Of a DNA stretch of 64,000 nucleotides, positions 1 to 15,089 are shown one piece after another (within the stretch, counting starts at the first letter, position 1; each line of letters begins with the position of its first letter). Source of the DNA: the human T2T-CHM13v2.0 reference genome, Homo sapiens. The stretch lies in the NCBI RefSeq assembly GCF_009914755.1, contig NC_060928.1. One strand, given 5' to 3'. The notes beneath the pieces were generated by a model that was given only the letters and a program-made list of their open reading frames with translations, made no database searches and had not been told where the DNA came from. The position numbers and the translations under genes are program-made.

Positions 1-13
1 CGTGGTCTAGAGC

Positions 14-440
<427 letters not shown>

Positions 441-1615
441 GAAGCAGATTCTCCAGTGATCACAGCAAAATCTGAGAACTGATCAATTCCTCATTTATGA
501 CATTGCTTGGTGTCCTCTTTATTAGAACTTCACAGGTAAATTTTTGTTTTGTTAGTCCCAAGACAAATTGCTCTTCAGAGCATTTTATTTGCTTTGTTGC
601 TCTTACGGACATTGCAAATTGTGTACAGTTTCTCTTTTCCAGTTGGCTGCTAAATCTATACTGTCTTCTACACTTAGTGTAGTGTTTTGTATGGAGCAGA
701 AGAAAAATATTTGATGCATAAACAAAATGAATCCATTCCCTATATTATTAAAAATAAAAGACTCCTAAAGTCCTCAAATGGGGTGGTATGCTTGTTTCAG
801 TGGCATCATGGTACCAGAGAAATTGAGGAGGCTTTTGCTTACCAGCAGGCCTGAGGATATAGCCCCCAGGAAGCACTGGTGCTGACTGAGGAAGAGGAGC
901 AATGGCTTCAGTTCTTGGGGACCGAGGAAGAAGCCCAAAGCTCTCAGTGACTGGCTCTCACACACCTGGAAGCTCTGCACATTATACATTGACCCTGTGA
1001 ACTGCTCCCACGTGCCAGGTGGGACTTTTGTATGATCAGCTGGATAATGATGACATAGAGCCATGTGCAATGGGTGGGCCAAATGGACCTGCCCAGTTCC
1101 TGGTGCTGGGGCTGTGGCCATGTCTCCCTTTCTCCTCTATGCCACGAGGGGCCTTTGGACTGCCAGGCACTGGAACTCTTTTGCTACTTTCTAGAAGGGA
1201 GAATATTCCAGACCCCACCTCTCCTCCCAATCCACAGCCTCCCTCAGTGCTATTGCACCTTTTCTGTGCATGGTTACTGTGGGAGAAGGGAGGTAAGTCA
1301 AGCTGACTTGAGACTATTCAGCTCCTGGTGCTGCAGCAAGAGGGAAGTGATAGGCCATTGCTCCCCCTCCTGTTTGCAGGTATCAGCACCTTTCTGAGGA
1401 GGCTGAAGATATGGGGCTGGTGGTCATCTGCCCCTATCTCTCAGAGGTTTGGAGGAGAGAGGTTTGGCTGAACAAGGCATGATTGGCAGGCCTGTGCCGA
1501 CCTCCTCCGGCCCTGCAAACAGCGGTACTTCTCAAGTGCCGGTAAAGTCACTTACCTGTCTACTGGGTTTCTTGGACCACGCAGGGTCATACCCATAGAA
1601 ATCACAATTAGCAGA

Positions 1616-1692
1616 TGTATGTGTGTGTTTGTGTGCAGGCACACATATATGTATATATTTATTACATGTGTTTATATGTATGTGTGTGTATA
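1616..1692. repeat. Degenerate (TG)n/(TA)n microsatellite
   Basis: Alternating TG/TA/CA runs. Confidence 0.8.
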
Positions 1693-2300
1693 TTCCCCCA
1701 GTCCAAGAACTAAACTCCCTTTATGGCACACCAAAACACGGCTTTTCAGTAATTTTTATGTAGCAAATTAGAGAGTTGTCTGAAGTCAGGGGGTACTGTA
1801 ATTTGGAAGCTGGTCCTTCATCTAAACACGGCCCTGGGGGTTAATCAGCAGGTGCAGATAACTCGGCACCTTCCAGGATTTGGCGATCAATGGTAAAAAT
1901 GGACAAACACAGACATGTACTTCAACTTACCCCACCAGGAACACCGCATAGCCTCCTGGCCTCAGAGGCTAGCACCTGGAAACCACTTCTTGTTGTCTTC
2001 CCACAACTGAAAGTAAGAGTGACACTATGGAATCTGTAGCAGAACCAAGCAACACAGTCCAGTTTGGACCACTGATGGGGTCTGTACAAAATGAGATCCG
2101 ATTTTCCTTGTCAAGGAGTAGTTACTCTGGGACAGCCTTGGCTGTTCTGCCCACTTCATCCATTGTGAGCTATTCCCAGATTTCCTTCCTCAGAGGCGGC
2201 TGCAAATTTGGAGTGCACAGATATACACTCACATCTTAGATTACTTTTGCCAATGCACATTACCTTATGTTTATTTGAGTTAAGTTTCATCTGCCTTCAG

Positions 2301-2453
2301 GCTGCTCAATCCCCCCAAGTGTTTGAATGCATCTGGAGTTTCCTGCAAATCTCCTTAGTTTTTATTAGCCAAAACAATTTGGAGCTAGTTGAAATCTCTG
2401 GGAAGACATTACAGGACGATTATGTGACAATTGCTCGTGTAATCTGTGACCAG
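2301..2453 (+). ncRNA. LINC01599: Probable internal exon of LINC01599 (formerly C14orf183, putative ORF)
   Basis: Acceptor CTGCCTTCAG| at 2300 and donor CAG|GTAGCC at 2454; 153 nt open (AAQSPQVFECIWSFLQ...ARVICDQ). The peptide matches my recollection of the C14orf183 putative protein (not verified by search). Confidence 0.5.
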
Positions 2454-2827
2454 GTAGCCCAGGGAGGGACTGTGGGTTGTAAGCAGGATAGCACTTCTTT
2501 CAGCGTGTGCCTGATCTCACAGCCCTGGAGAGGTGCCAGGGAGCCCCACATGGTGTTTGTTTCTGCAAGTGGAAATGCAGATGTCTCTGCCTCAACCAGG
2601 GCTTGGAAGCCACCTTTTGGGGAAGTGACAGGGAGGCGTGTTACATAAGATCCATTCTGTCTGAGTGAATTGGTTATGGGAGAGAGAAGAGGAAGCAGAA
2701 CAAGAGCTGGTGGGAAGCAAGTGAGTGAGAAGGAAGCTTGTGCAGCAGCCTGTTCAGATGTGTGGAAATACAAGTTTAATCAAGGGGAGGAGAGAGAATA
2801 GGAGTGTGGCACTATGGACTAGCCTAG

Positions 2828-3037
2828 GGAGGTAGAGTGGTCAATTTTGGCATATCCTGGAAGCTGGAAGTGAGGGGTTTGGACAGGGATGGAAAGAGCT
2901 GCCCTCAAGACCCAGAAAAAGACGGCAAGGAGCAGCCCAATCTGACAGAAGGAGAGAAAGCAAAAGGAGCTGTTTGCAAGAACCAGATCTCTTGGAGCCT
3001 GGCTAGTGCCAAGCTCTTGTGTGTGGGCAGAGTCTGA
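2828..3037 (+). ncRNA. LINC01599: Probable following exon of LINC01599/C14orf183 carrying the ORF stop
   Basis: AG| at 2827 (weak acceptor, no pyrimidine tract) keeps frame with the previous exon: GGRVVNFGISWKLEVRG...LLCVGRV-TGA; identity from memory only. Confidence 0.45.
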
Positions 3038-3811
3038 GCGGATCCGAGTGTTTCAATGAGCTAAACTAGTCAGCTTCAAGCTGTTCCATAGACAGTAGGT
3101 GTGAATCCAAAATCATTTCAGACATTCAGCTTTATAATGTTTCTTTTAAGAAAAAAAAAAAAAACATGGAAGAAGCACCAGACCCAAATGATCACTTTTT
3201 CTCTTGGCCAGTTACCTGTACAAGTATCAGGCCAGTTGTAAAACACAAGTCTGGGTAGGTTAGAAAGGCAAGTTGCAGATGCCTCTTCCCTTACAGCAGC
3301 ATTCATGGGAGAGCTTCTTTCTTTCTCTCTGCCTCAAGGATACTCACCATTCTTCTATTCCATTTTTAGAAACAGGCTGGCAACACACATTCTCCAGTCT
3401 CCACACAACTCTCCTCTCCTCGCTGGTCCGTTTGTCTCTAAGGCTGGTTGGTTGTTTGCATCTGCCTGAGTAGTTCGTTCATGGGAGTCAGACTCGGATG
3501 AAGGTTTAACAGTCATTGAAGGGAGAGATCGTGACCACTTCCACTGCCTTGCTAACAAACCACGACCCCACTCTCCAATCTGCTGCACTTCGGTCTTGCT
3601 TCAAATTCCTGTGGCTGCAAGGAAGACCTATTGTTAAAAATGAGGAGCTAAGACTATGAGTGTTTGGGGGAATCAAATGCAGAGCTGCAGCCTGGGGTAA
3701 CCTTGGCGAGCACTGTGGCCACCCAGATGGGGAAGCAGTGGACCAGAAGAGGGCCTCAGGCCCCAAGCTTGCCTGATTCATGGAGTTCTTCTTTCTCCCC
3801 CACTAAGTGGT

Positions 3812-4227
3812 TGCGTTAGTTTGATAAGGCTGTTGTAACAAAATACCACAGATTGGGTGGTTTAAATAACAGGAATTTCTTTTCTCACAGTTCTGAAGAC
3901 TAGAGCCTGAGATCAAAGCGTTGGCAGGGTTGGTTTCTTCTGGGGGCTGTGAGGGAAACATCTGTTCCAGGGCTCTCTCCTTGGCTTCTGGGTGACCGTC
4001 TTCTCTCTGCCTCTTCTCATGGTCACTCCTCTGTACCTGTCTATGTCCAAACTCCCTCTTCTTAAAGGAACACCAGATGTATTGGATGACGGCCCAGCCC
4101 AATGAACTCATTTAATATTAATTACCTCTTTAAAGACCCTATCTCCAAATACAGTCACTTTCAGGTGTACGGAGGGTTGAGACTTCACATATGAATTTTG
4201 GGAGTGGACACAATTCAGCCTCTAACA
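3812..4227 (-). mobile_element. Solo MaLR LTR (MLT1B/C-like)
   Basis: TG...CA termini, AACAAAATACCACAGATTGGGTGGTTTAAA and GGACACAATTCAGCC motifs, perfect 5-bp TSD GTGGT (3807-3811, 4228-4232). Confidence 0.92.
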
Positions 4228-5389
4228 GTGGTCAAGGAAGGTTTTCTTTCTTAAGTCTAGCTATAAAGAATACCCATTTGGAGAAACAAAACAGCCTAAG
4301 ATAGTTCAAAAGGACACGATCTGACTCCTCATCCTCTCATAGTTCATTGTTGGCTGAGCCAGAGTCCAATTTCCTTTGCTTCAGTGAGTGGCTGCACAGT
4401 GTGAGGAGAAGTAGGGGCCTGCTAATGCCCTAAGGCTTTGCCAGATTCCTGATCAAGCCACCAGGGATGTCCCAGGAGTGTTAGCAATGGAACTGCCCAG
4501 GGGCTTGGCATTGTGGGCATCAACCTGATTAAACCTGGCCTAAGTGCTGCACCCAAATCATGTCAGAGGTGGATCAGGTTTTTATTCATTCAGGTAAAAT
4601 AACAGGCAGTGTGCAATAGGGGATTATTTCAGGGAATGGGGTCACTTTCAAATGTTGCACAGATGGAGCTGGGTAGTGCATTCCACATAAGGGAGGGGAT
4701 GTGGATGAATAACCTGGACTCAGCCACTTGGCCTAGATTGGGGAAGGAAATGATGCTTGAGCCCCTCTGGCTTAGTCACCTGGTACCATGAGGTAGCCTC
4801 GGGGAATGATAGTGAATGTCACCTAGAAGAGGGAATGCTCAGAACTGTGCCCCTGGAGCCCAGGCCATTTTGCTGGCTCTTGCTCAGGCAGGTTGCTCAT
4901 GCTCATTCAGGTTGAAGGAAGCAGCATCTGTGTGGATCACCTGTGCTCCAACAAGGCCCTCAGCAGCACTTCACTTGGCCACAGGGCCCGGAGGCTGACC
5001 ATAACCTATGGTGGCAGAGTCTAGCCTGGAGGGTGTCTGAGCTCCTGGAGGGTGACAGTAGGTAAGTGGCAAGGGGAACTGATTTATGAGTTAGTGAAGG
5101 TGATTCTTTGGGATCCCTGGGAGGGAAAATCCAGGTAAAGACAGATCTTATACACTACCTGGTGATGTAGGGGCTTTGGCCAACTCAATTTTGGTTTAAA
5201 AAGGAAGTGTGGCCTCATTTTGAAATGGCAGGCTGGGGACATCGGGACAATACAGATTATATAGATAAAGAGGATGAGAACTTAACAGTTAGAGGGTACA
5301 ACATGTGTAAAAGCACAGAAGAGTGAAAATGTTAGCCATATTAAGTTCAAACCTAATTTTAACTACAAATTATATAACATTTTATATCA

Positions 5390-6051
<662 letters not shown>

Positions 6052-7059
6052 TTCTTGACCTGGCTATGCTACGAGGCTCCTGGGCATTGCTGAACAGGGA
6101 AGGGGTGGGACTTGACAGTGGCCTACCTAAACAGGGATGAGTATTTTTTCTTTGAAATTGCTTGGAATTGCCAGTTGCATAATGATAATACAAAGCAGAC
6201 CAATTTTTAGTTGGTTCTATCATTGTTTGTCAAATCTCCATAAATAATTCATCCCTAATTCAGGCTGTGATTGCCTACAGCCAGAGCAAAACTTTCCCTC
6301 TACCTTTTTTGGATATCTCATTGCAATGATTCTTATTCTTGGGTTCCTAACTGCCCTGGGCAAGGTTCTACCAATAGACACTCATGTTTCCAGGCAGTGG
6401 CTACCCAGAGCCCTAAGGAGAAACAATAGGTAGCTTCTATAGGGTTGTCAGGAAGGAAACATAGACGTTTTTAGAAATTATGTCACATTGGGGTTGAGCA
6501 GCCTGACCCTATTGTAGCCTAGAGAGCCATGTGTTCTCTCCTCTTAGAAGGAAAGCTGGAAGCAGAGAGATCATGGGTATCTACCTGATTAAGCCTGGCA
6601 GGAGACAGGAAACAGGAGATTCTGGCCCTGCCATAGCTTAGGCCAAATATCCATCCCAGAAAAGCAGATGCCTGGAGACTCAGCCTGGAGAAGCCATCAC
6701 AGGGAGAGGTAGAGATGGAGGTCCACTCCATCTGTAGTGGTGTAGGCAGCAGGATGGATGGGCACACACCTGAGGGCCATCAATCAGAATCTTCACTTGC
6801 ATTCAATGTAAGGAAGAAATATATACACACACCCCACAGTTGGCATTTTCTGCACATATTTGATTAAAATCTGACAGCATTTTCCTAGTGAAGGTACAAT
6901 TTCTGTGATTACCCTCCTCCCAGCTCCTTGAAAAAACAATCTTAAAGCAAGATCATTAGTCAGGTAACTGTGTATGTGTATGTGTTTAGCCAGGTGCCAC
7001 AGAAAGATGTGCAAAATATTTTCCTTGATTCTCAACATGAATTCTATTAGGAAGAGAAA

Positions 7060-7450
7060 TATCTTGTTGTTTTTGTAAAAAAATTACAAAATCAATGCAT
7101 GTTCCTTATAAGCCCAAATTCAAACAATACAGCAGTATATAGAATAAACAAGAAAAATTCCCTTTAATCCTTAGTCCTATAATCTCATTCCCCTCCCCAT
7201 CCATGACCACTGCTGATAGTTTGGGGTGAATCCATCCTGACCTATTTTATGTATTATCACATATGTAACATATAGACGTGGCTTATACGTGTGTGTGTGT
7301 GAGTGTGTGTGTGTGTGTGTGTGTGAATGAGATCCTACTGTACTAGATACATTATTCAGTTACTTGCTTTTTTGGGGGGGAGTTTTCCATGTCAGTACAT
7401 GTGGATCTACCTTATTCCTTTAGTGGATGCATACTATTTAATCATTCTCT
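7060..7450 (-). mobile_element. Old L1M(E) 3' fragment containing a (TG)n tract at 7289-7325
   Basis: AT-rich decayed L1 3'UTR-like motifs (ACCACTGCTGATAGTTTGG, ATGAGATCCTACTGTA). Confidence 0.55.
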
Positions 7451-9009
7451 TAACATTGACGTTTAGATTACGGAAATTTCATACCAAAGTAGGCCATGCT
7501 CCTTTCCCCCTTTTATTGATCCCAATCATTAAAATATTCAAAGAAAAGCCAAAAGACAGATAGGGAGGTACTGTCTTCTGGCAACTTGGGGAGTGCAGAA
7601 AGCTACCTGACCCTTCTCTAGGCTGTACCCAAAATCACTGCTCTCCTGAAGCTATGAGATTTTAACCTTCATTTCTTTATGTCTTTGTTTCTTCATTCTT
7701 TACCGCAAGGATCCTCTTCTAAAATGCAGAGGAACTGGGGGTATAAAGGAGTGCGGATAAAACATTAATAATAGTTCCTACACCACCATGACAAGAAGGC
7801 TTTGCAAAGTGTAGAGACAACTCACAGAGAAGACATTATTATTATTCCTGTCTAGCACTTTACAAGTCATTTTTTACCTGGGTTATGCTCCTTAGCTACC
7901 TCACCTTCATGTGGAAACTGTACAGGCCCCTTTCTCCAAGACACAGGAAAGACCTGGAAGGATAATAGGGTGGAGAGCTTGGGCTGAAGAGGCATTGAAA
8001 GGGAAGGTGAGGAAAAAGAGGAAAGACAAGAGACCTGGGATGATGACAGCTCACATTACCCCGCTCATGATGCTGCCTAGGGCTGACCCTGCCATACGCC
8101 GGCATGTTTGCCTGCTGACTGGGCTCGAAAGTTAAAATTGAGTTCTGTGGATGCTGGCCAATGACTTCCTTGTCATGGGAGTGATTGCTTTTTGCTGTAT
8201 TTGCAAGATGTGAATTCATTCTTTTTTAATATTGGTAATACACAGTAAAGAGCTTAATTCAACTTACAAAGAAATAGGATCAGGCAAGCCTTGAAAATAC
8301 AGTGTGCCTTTATGGCTCGAAGATGTTAGTGTTGGAGTAGAGTGAGTGTCTCAGCAGCACGGAAACTCTCTCCATCACCATCATCCTTCATCATCAGGAC
8401 CCTGGCACAGAAGCGATAGGAGCCTGAGGGGGTTGGAGGTTTAGGGGTGCCTTGGAGCTCTCGTTCCCGTGATGTAAGAAAACCGGGCCATACTGACCCA
8501 GCAGTTACCATATTGATGTGCTGTTACTCATGTAGAAAATGGAAGCTCCTGGCCTCCACTCAGGAGATAATCCATTTTAAAGTTACTCATGTAGAAAGTG
8601 TGCTGAGCCACCAGTCCTTCCTTCTTTGTCTTTTGCTAAAAGTGATGTTTGTTTGCTAGATGTGTGACCTGGGTTAGAGGTGGCCTCTGCCCTGGTCTGT
8701 GTGAAGGATGGAGTTCATGGTTATGCTGGACTTGGTTTGAGGGCAGGAATTAACATGGAGGAAAGTCTGGGAGTGGACAGGACCCTCTGCCTACAAAGCC
8801 GCCACACAGCAAAAGCCTAAGGTCTGTGTCTCCGTGTGCAAAAAGTTGCACTAGCTCCAGATTCTCTTTGACACCATGAGGTACTGATCTAGTGGGCAGG
8901 TGGTCAGAAGTCTCCAGAAAGCTAGAATGGTGTTCAGGCATGTAGGAGGGAGGGCTGAGCTCTCTGGTGGCGGTGGGGTTTCCACTACACTTCAGTGTAA
9001 TTAGATTTG

Positions 9010-9620
9010 CACATATTTTTGGATATCAGTTATGTGCCAGGCACCATGTTAGGTTTAGCAATGAATTAAACTTGATCCTTCCCTTAAGGAACTTACAAGA
9101 TGACTTTAACATAACCTGCTAAGGTTGCTATGAGTGCATGGAAGAGAGATAGCCAAACCTGGGTGGGAATGGAGGAAAGGCTTTCTGGAGATGACACTTG
9201 AGCTGAAGTTTAGAAGACGAGTCAAACAGAGTTATAATTGTACAACAGTAGGGAAGACATCCTAGGCAGAGGAAAGAGCAAGGACATCAGAGATATGTGG
9301 AAACACCATGGCTTGCAAGAAATGAAGCCAGAGAAGCAGGAGCCAGATCATGGAAGGATGGATGTGCCCTGCTAAGGAGCTGGGACAATACTCTGTAAGT
9401 GAAGAGAGCCCTTCAAAGATCTTAAACAAGGCAGTGCCAAGGCTTAAAGTGTACTTTAATAAATCAGACTGGGAGAGTCTGGAGGGTGGAACAATTCTCG
9501 AAGCCAGGAGACCAATAAGGAGTCTGGGACAATGTGCCAAAGGAAGCCCAAGGAGGTCTTGAACATGAGTAGAATCTGACCAGGAGAAGGTGGGGAGAGA
9601 GGTGCAGGGCTGGAGAGCCT
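9010..9620 (-). mobile_element. L2 LINE fragment
   Basis: TATGTGCCAGGCACCATG, GAAAGGCTTTCTGGAGATGACACTTGAGCTGA, GAAGCCAGGAGACCAATAAGGAG. Confidence 0.65.
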
Positions 9621-10205
9621 GGGAAGGGAATTAATAAGGGCCAGACAGATTGTCAAGGTGCCCAACTAGAGATGAGAATTCCAAGAAAGGACCCAAGAGA
9701 AGTTGTATTTTACAGACAGGTCCCTCTTGGCAGGGAGTGGAAGAAAGCAGACAAGATGGGGATTGCCCAGCTCTGTGAACGTGTTGGATGGGTGCGTCTA
9801 TCCCGAGTACAACAGAATCTGAACTCAGGGCAGTGTGATGTACTCCAGAATCTACCTTCTGATGGTCATGGGCTCAGGATGGGCCTTGGAGGAGGTGAGT
9901 GGACTGAACCTGCAGGGTGGAGGTCTTCAGCTACAGCAGCAGGTGGGCCTGGGAGAGGCAATAACTGGGACAGTTTGAACCCACTGCAACCTGCCCACCT
10001 GGCCACCCCGGAGTACGCAATAGGCAACAGCTTTGAAGCTAAACAAACCCAAGTTCCTATCTTTTCTCAGTCACTTCCTGGGTAATCGAGCAACTGACTT
10101 AACTTGTTGGAATATTAACATGTGCACCTGTCAGATAGGGTCTACCTTACCTGATTTTGTAAGGTGTAAGTTAAATGATTACTGTATATAAAGTGATTGG
10201 CATAG

Positions 10206-10523
<318 letters not shown>

Positions 10524-10639
10524 TATCCAACTGATTTTTATTACACCTACTGTGTTCTCAGTACTATGCAAAGTACTGGAGATAAAATTATGAATAGGAC
10601 TAGCCAAGTTCTTGCTCTCCTGGAGTACCAGCACTCTAT

Positions 10640-10743
10640 GCTCAGCTTTTTGGATGTGAATCCACTGAGTCGGTGCACACCTTAATAAACATCCTCCTTT
10701 ATTCACCGATATTGGTCTCTCTGGTCCTCTGATTCCTGTAACA
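10640..10743 (+). mobile_element. 3' (R-U5) fragment of an ERV LTR, family not determined
   Basis: AATAAA at 10684-10689, then U5-like TTGGTCTCTCTGGTCCTCTGATTCC ending in TAACA. Confidence 0.5.
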
Positions 10744-11874
10744 CTGCAGCTTCCATGTTGAATACTCCATAACTCTCAATAATGCTCGCTTCTTTCTACC
10801 TGAGTCAGTGCATGTTTTGGAGTGAATACTGTCATGTGCAAAGTGCCTTGCTCAGTCTCTTCTGGAGTAAGTCACTAATGGACAAGTTCCCACATTGGAT
10901 TTCCACCAGCAACACCCAGGAAGCTTTCCAGGGAGCAGATTCCAGGGCCCCATCACTTGCATATTGGATTAGAGCCTCCAGAGACTCCTTATTCATGGGA
11001 AACTCCCAAGGTTTTGATGATGACCTTGGCAATCACTGCCCTAGCATACTAGAGTGAAAAAGACAACATTGAACTTCACATAAATACGTTACAGTAGGAT
11101 ACTGACCAGACTAGGCCAATGTCAAGAATTGAGAGGAACAACAAGAAATTATGTTAACCGTGCTTTTGGGTGTAATTGTTTCCTTGAGGGGAATTTTATG
11201 ATTATTTAATTAAAGCATTTCACTTTGATTAAAGGTGTTGCTTTGACTTCTCGAGTATGAAATACAAGACTTGTGAGAATCAAACAACTTGTTAAATGCA
11301 AACAGTTTACCAAGGGCCAGCCCTAAACAAGACAAAATATAATAAATAATAAGCTTTAGAAATTAAGTGTAAATGTCTGTGGAGAACCTAATTATTTCTC
11401 TTGTTATGAACATTAACCCACATTCAGTTTTTAAGCCTGTGTTATTCTAATGATGTTCACCATTAGCCATTTCTGACTACAATAAAAAGAATCGCAGGGG
11501 GGATTTTGTTCATTACTGCATGCTGGGATTTGCATTGTTTTGTCTTCACTTGATTGGAGTTTCAGATGCCTCAAGTCTTCATTCATTGTGAATGGAGAGA
11601 ACTAAGAGCTGCCCCTGTGTGAGAGCAAAATGCTTTGCATTTCTAACAGAACTGGAGGGCTGAGATAGCTCACTGAGACACATACATAGAAGGAAGTTTC
11701 CTCCCAGAGAGAAGAAGTTAAGCAGAGAAGCAGAGGAGTCGACGATGTGCCAGCATCTTGCCCTAGAAGTGAACATTAGGGATAATGGATTTGCAGCTGT
11801 GCCCAGTCAGACCCAGGGAGAGGTGAACGTAAAGACTTTGGGATCTTGTCAGCTTTGTATCCGTTTTATCCCTT

Positions 11875-12580
11875 CAACCAATGGTTAGTGAACACCTACC
11901 AAGTGTCAGGCTCTGTTCAGGGCACTTGGGATTTATCAGTGACCAAAGCAGACAAAGATTTTTGTTCTTTATGGAGCATTCATTCTAGTGGAGGGAGGCA
12001 GATGTACATCACAAACACAGTAAATAAGTAAGATGCAAGATTATAAGTGAGAAAGAAGAACTGGAGCAGGGTAAGTGGAAATGGAAATGTATTAAGAAAG
12101 GTAGGCAGGGGAGGCCTCGGGGAAAGGGTGATGTGTGAGCAAAGACTGGAGGAGGTGAAGGAATTGGCCAACTGGATATGCAGGGGGAGGGGCACTCAGG
12201 GCAAAGGCTCAAAGGTGGGAAAGTGCTGAGAAGCACCGAGGAGGCCCATGTGGCTGGAGTAGAGAGAGCAAGGGAGAAAGAGACAACAGAGAAAAACAGA
12301 GCCGGACCACCTAAGGCCTTGTAGACCAGATCAGAGACTTTGCTTGACTCTGCATGAACAGGGGAGGCATGGCAGTGTTGGGAGTGCAGTGTGGCATGTC
12401 TGACTTAGGTTTCAAATCCATCTGTAGCTGCACTGGGGCCAGGGGTCCTATGGCAGGAATTCAGAAGAGTGAGGCTGGTTGCTTGGGACCAAGGTGGTAG
12501 CAGTAGAGAGTGACCTTCTAGATAAATCATTGAGACTGGCCCCAACAGGATTTCCTGCTGGATTGTATGTGGGGCATGAC
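11875..12580 (-). mobile_element. L2 LINE 3' fragment
   Basis: GAACACCTACCAAGTGTCAGGCTCTGTTC, GAGGCCCATGTGGCTGGAG, ACAGGATTTCCTGCTGGATTG. Confidence 0.75.
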
Positions 12581-12754
12581 AGAAAGAAAAAACAGAGTGG
12601 AATAATTGGAAGGATGGAAAAAGAAAATCTGAAATAAACCAGATACACTCACAATCTAATATTAAGCCACATATGTGAATGCCAGTGTAGTTCGGGGACA
12701 CCTACAGGTTATAAACTTGGGTAGCTCTGGGTAATTTTGTAGGGCATTGGGGTG

Positions 12755-12975
12755 CTGTGGGAAGAGCCTGGTATTTGGCATCAGATGATCTTGGGTTTTA
12801 AAGGCATTTACTTGCTCTGTGATTTTGAGGAAGCTGCTTGATCTCCCAGCACCTCAGTTTCCTTGTCTGTCATATGGGGTGATAATGTAATAACGCTTCT
12901 CTTACAGGGTCTGTGAAAATTAAATGAGGTAATGCATATAAAATACCAGTCATCCAGCCCTAGAACTGTTGATTG
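12755..12975 (+). mobile_element. MIR SINE
   Basis: CCTCAGTTTCCTTGTCTGTCATATGGGG...AAATTAAATGAGGTAATGCAT. Confidence 0.75.
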
Positions 12976-14183
12976 TCCTCTCCCCTTCCTGTAAGGGGTT
13001 GTATAAATCATCCAGACCTGCGTTGGTGATGGAAAATGAAGAGAAGGCCGGGAAACTGTTCCTGGCACAGGCTTAGTTTCAGAGACTGTCATCTCCAGGA
13101 CATTCCGCCCCCCTCACTCCACTCCCCCACCCCCCACTGAGATGATGGGACAGGGTGCAGGAGACAGAGGACCCGGATAGAGACCAAGTTACTTTCTGGC
13201 AGCTGTGACCTGTTGGAGGGCCATGACCACCAGATAGGCCTGATGACCTATAAAAACAGTGTGACATGGAGGTAACCATGGCAGAGTAGGAACTTGTTTA
13301 TGTGGGATTAGGAAGACATTACGGGCTACAGGGCTAATGTGGTCCTGTAGCTGGCCATATGCTTTAAAGGCAAGGAGCCTGTGCAATGAGCTCCTCAACC
13401 CAGTGAGACCACTGAACCCCGAGGAACCAGAGTTCAGCCCCATCACATGTATTTATGATGGGGGTAGCCTTTGCACTCATTGCTTGCTGGTTCTGAACTA
13501 AAGAAGCAAAAGCAACTTTAAAACCTAGTCTGAATTTTTATCCCCACTGAGCTTCAGAGATCTGGCTTAGCTTATCCTTCTTTCATTCATCCCTCATTCC
13601 CCTTCTAGCTCTTTTTTTTTTTTTTCTTTTTTCTGGCATGTCCTGTCCTGGGCTCTAGACCTCTTGAATGTTGTCTGTTTCTGTCTCCTTCATCCACTTC
13701 CTTGCTTCTGTTTCAGTCCTGCTCTAGAGAAAATAGATCATCAGAGGAGCCAATAGGGACTAAAGACGCATCTTGCCTGGAGACCTGGAACCTGGCTCCC
13801 CAGCCCTTCCCAATGCCCTGTCCTGTGGTTGATAGCGTCCTGGAGGCTGTGCCCACACTCAGAGGCCTGAGGCACCTGGGCCAGGTGCTCCCCGGGGACC
13901 ATGCTACCATCTTTCCTCCAGAAACTCTGACTCAGATTTCTCCTGTCATATGCCAATCATCAGTTTCAATATCCAAATTAAAGTTTCACATTTACTGGAT
14001 TCCTAACTAGCTTCCAGACATTGTACTAGCTGCTCCCACAAATATTAACCAGAGTAACCTATTCAATTGTGATTCAATTCAGGAAGGCTGGCAGGACCTC
14101 TACCTGCACATTTTAAAAGTATAAACCCTGATATGATTCTCAAACATCTTCCATGGTTCTAATAAAATGTATATCAGCAAATG

Positions 14184-14481
14184 GGCTGGGCGTGGTGGCT
14201 CACAACTGTAATCCCAGCACTTTGTGAGGCTCAGGTGGGCAGATCACCTGAGGTCAGGAGTTCAAGACCAGCCTGGCCAACATGGTGAAACCCCATCTCT
14301 ACTAAAAATACAAAAATTAGCTGGGCGTGGTGGCAAGCGCCTGTAATCCCAGCTACTCAGGAGGCTGAGGCAGGAGAATCACTTGAACCCGGGGAGGCGG
14401 AGGTTGCAGTGGGCCGAGATCATGCCACTGCACTCCAGCCTGGGCAACGAGAGTAAAACTCCATCTCAAAAAAAAAAAAAA
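14184..14481 (+). mobile_element. Full-length Alu (AluSx/Sq-like)
   Basis: Dimeric Alu with A-tail; perfect TSD GTATATCAGCAAATG at 14169-14183 and 14482-14496. Confidence 0.97.
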
Positions 14482-14856
14482 GTATATCAGCAAATGAAAT
14501 GCAGACATTACAAATTGTTTCCATGATTGCCAATATTTGCTGGGTTCTTTCAGGTGACAATGGTTGTTTTATCTTAATAATGAGGGCTGATGGTAAGGAT
14601 TCATGAAAAAATAAGGAATTCTGAAACTTCCAAGGGCCTCAAGGAAGCACCGATAACTTAACTGTAGGCACATTCAGGAAGTTCATCCCATGGCTGCCAG
14701 GTGTATCAGGGGATGCAGTAGCAGCAGGCCGGGTTGCTGCAGTGGCTCTCTGCTTTATGAAGTCTTAGTGCTTAGTTCCTCTGTCCCTGCTTCCACAGTC
14801 TCTGCAGCTCCTGAAGAAAACTGATCCTACCTTTGTGTGTGTATATATATATATAT

Positions 14857-15080
<224 letters not shown>

Positions 15081-15089
15081 GTATATTCT

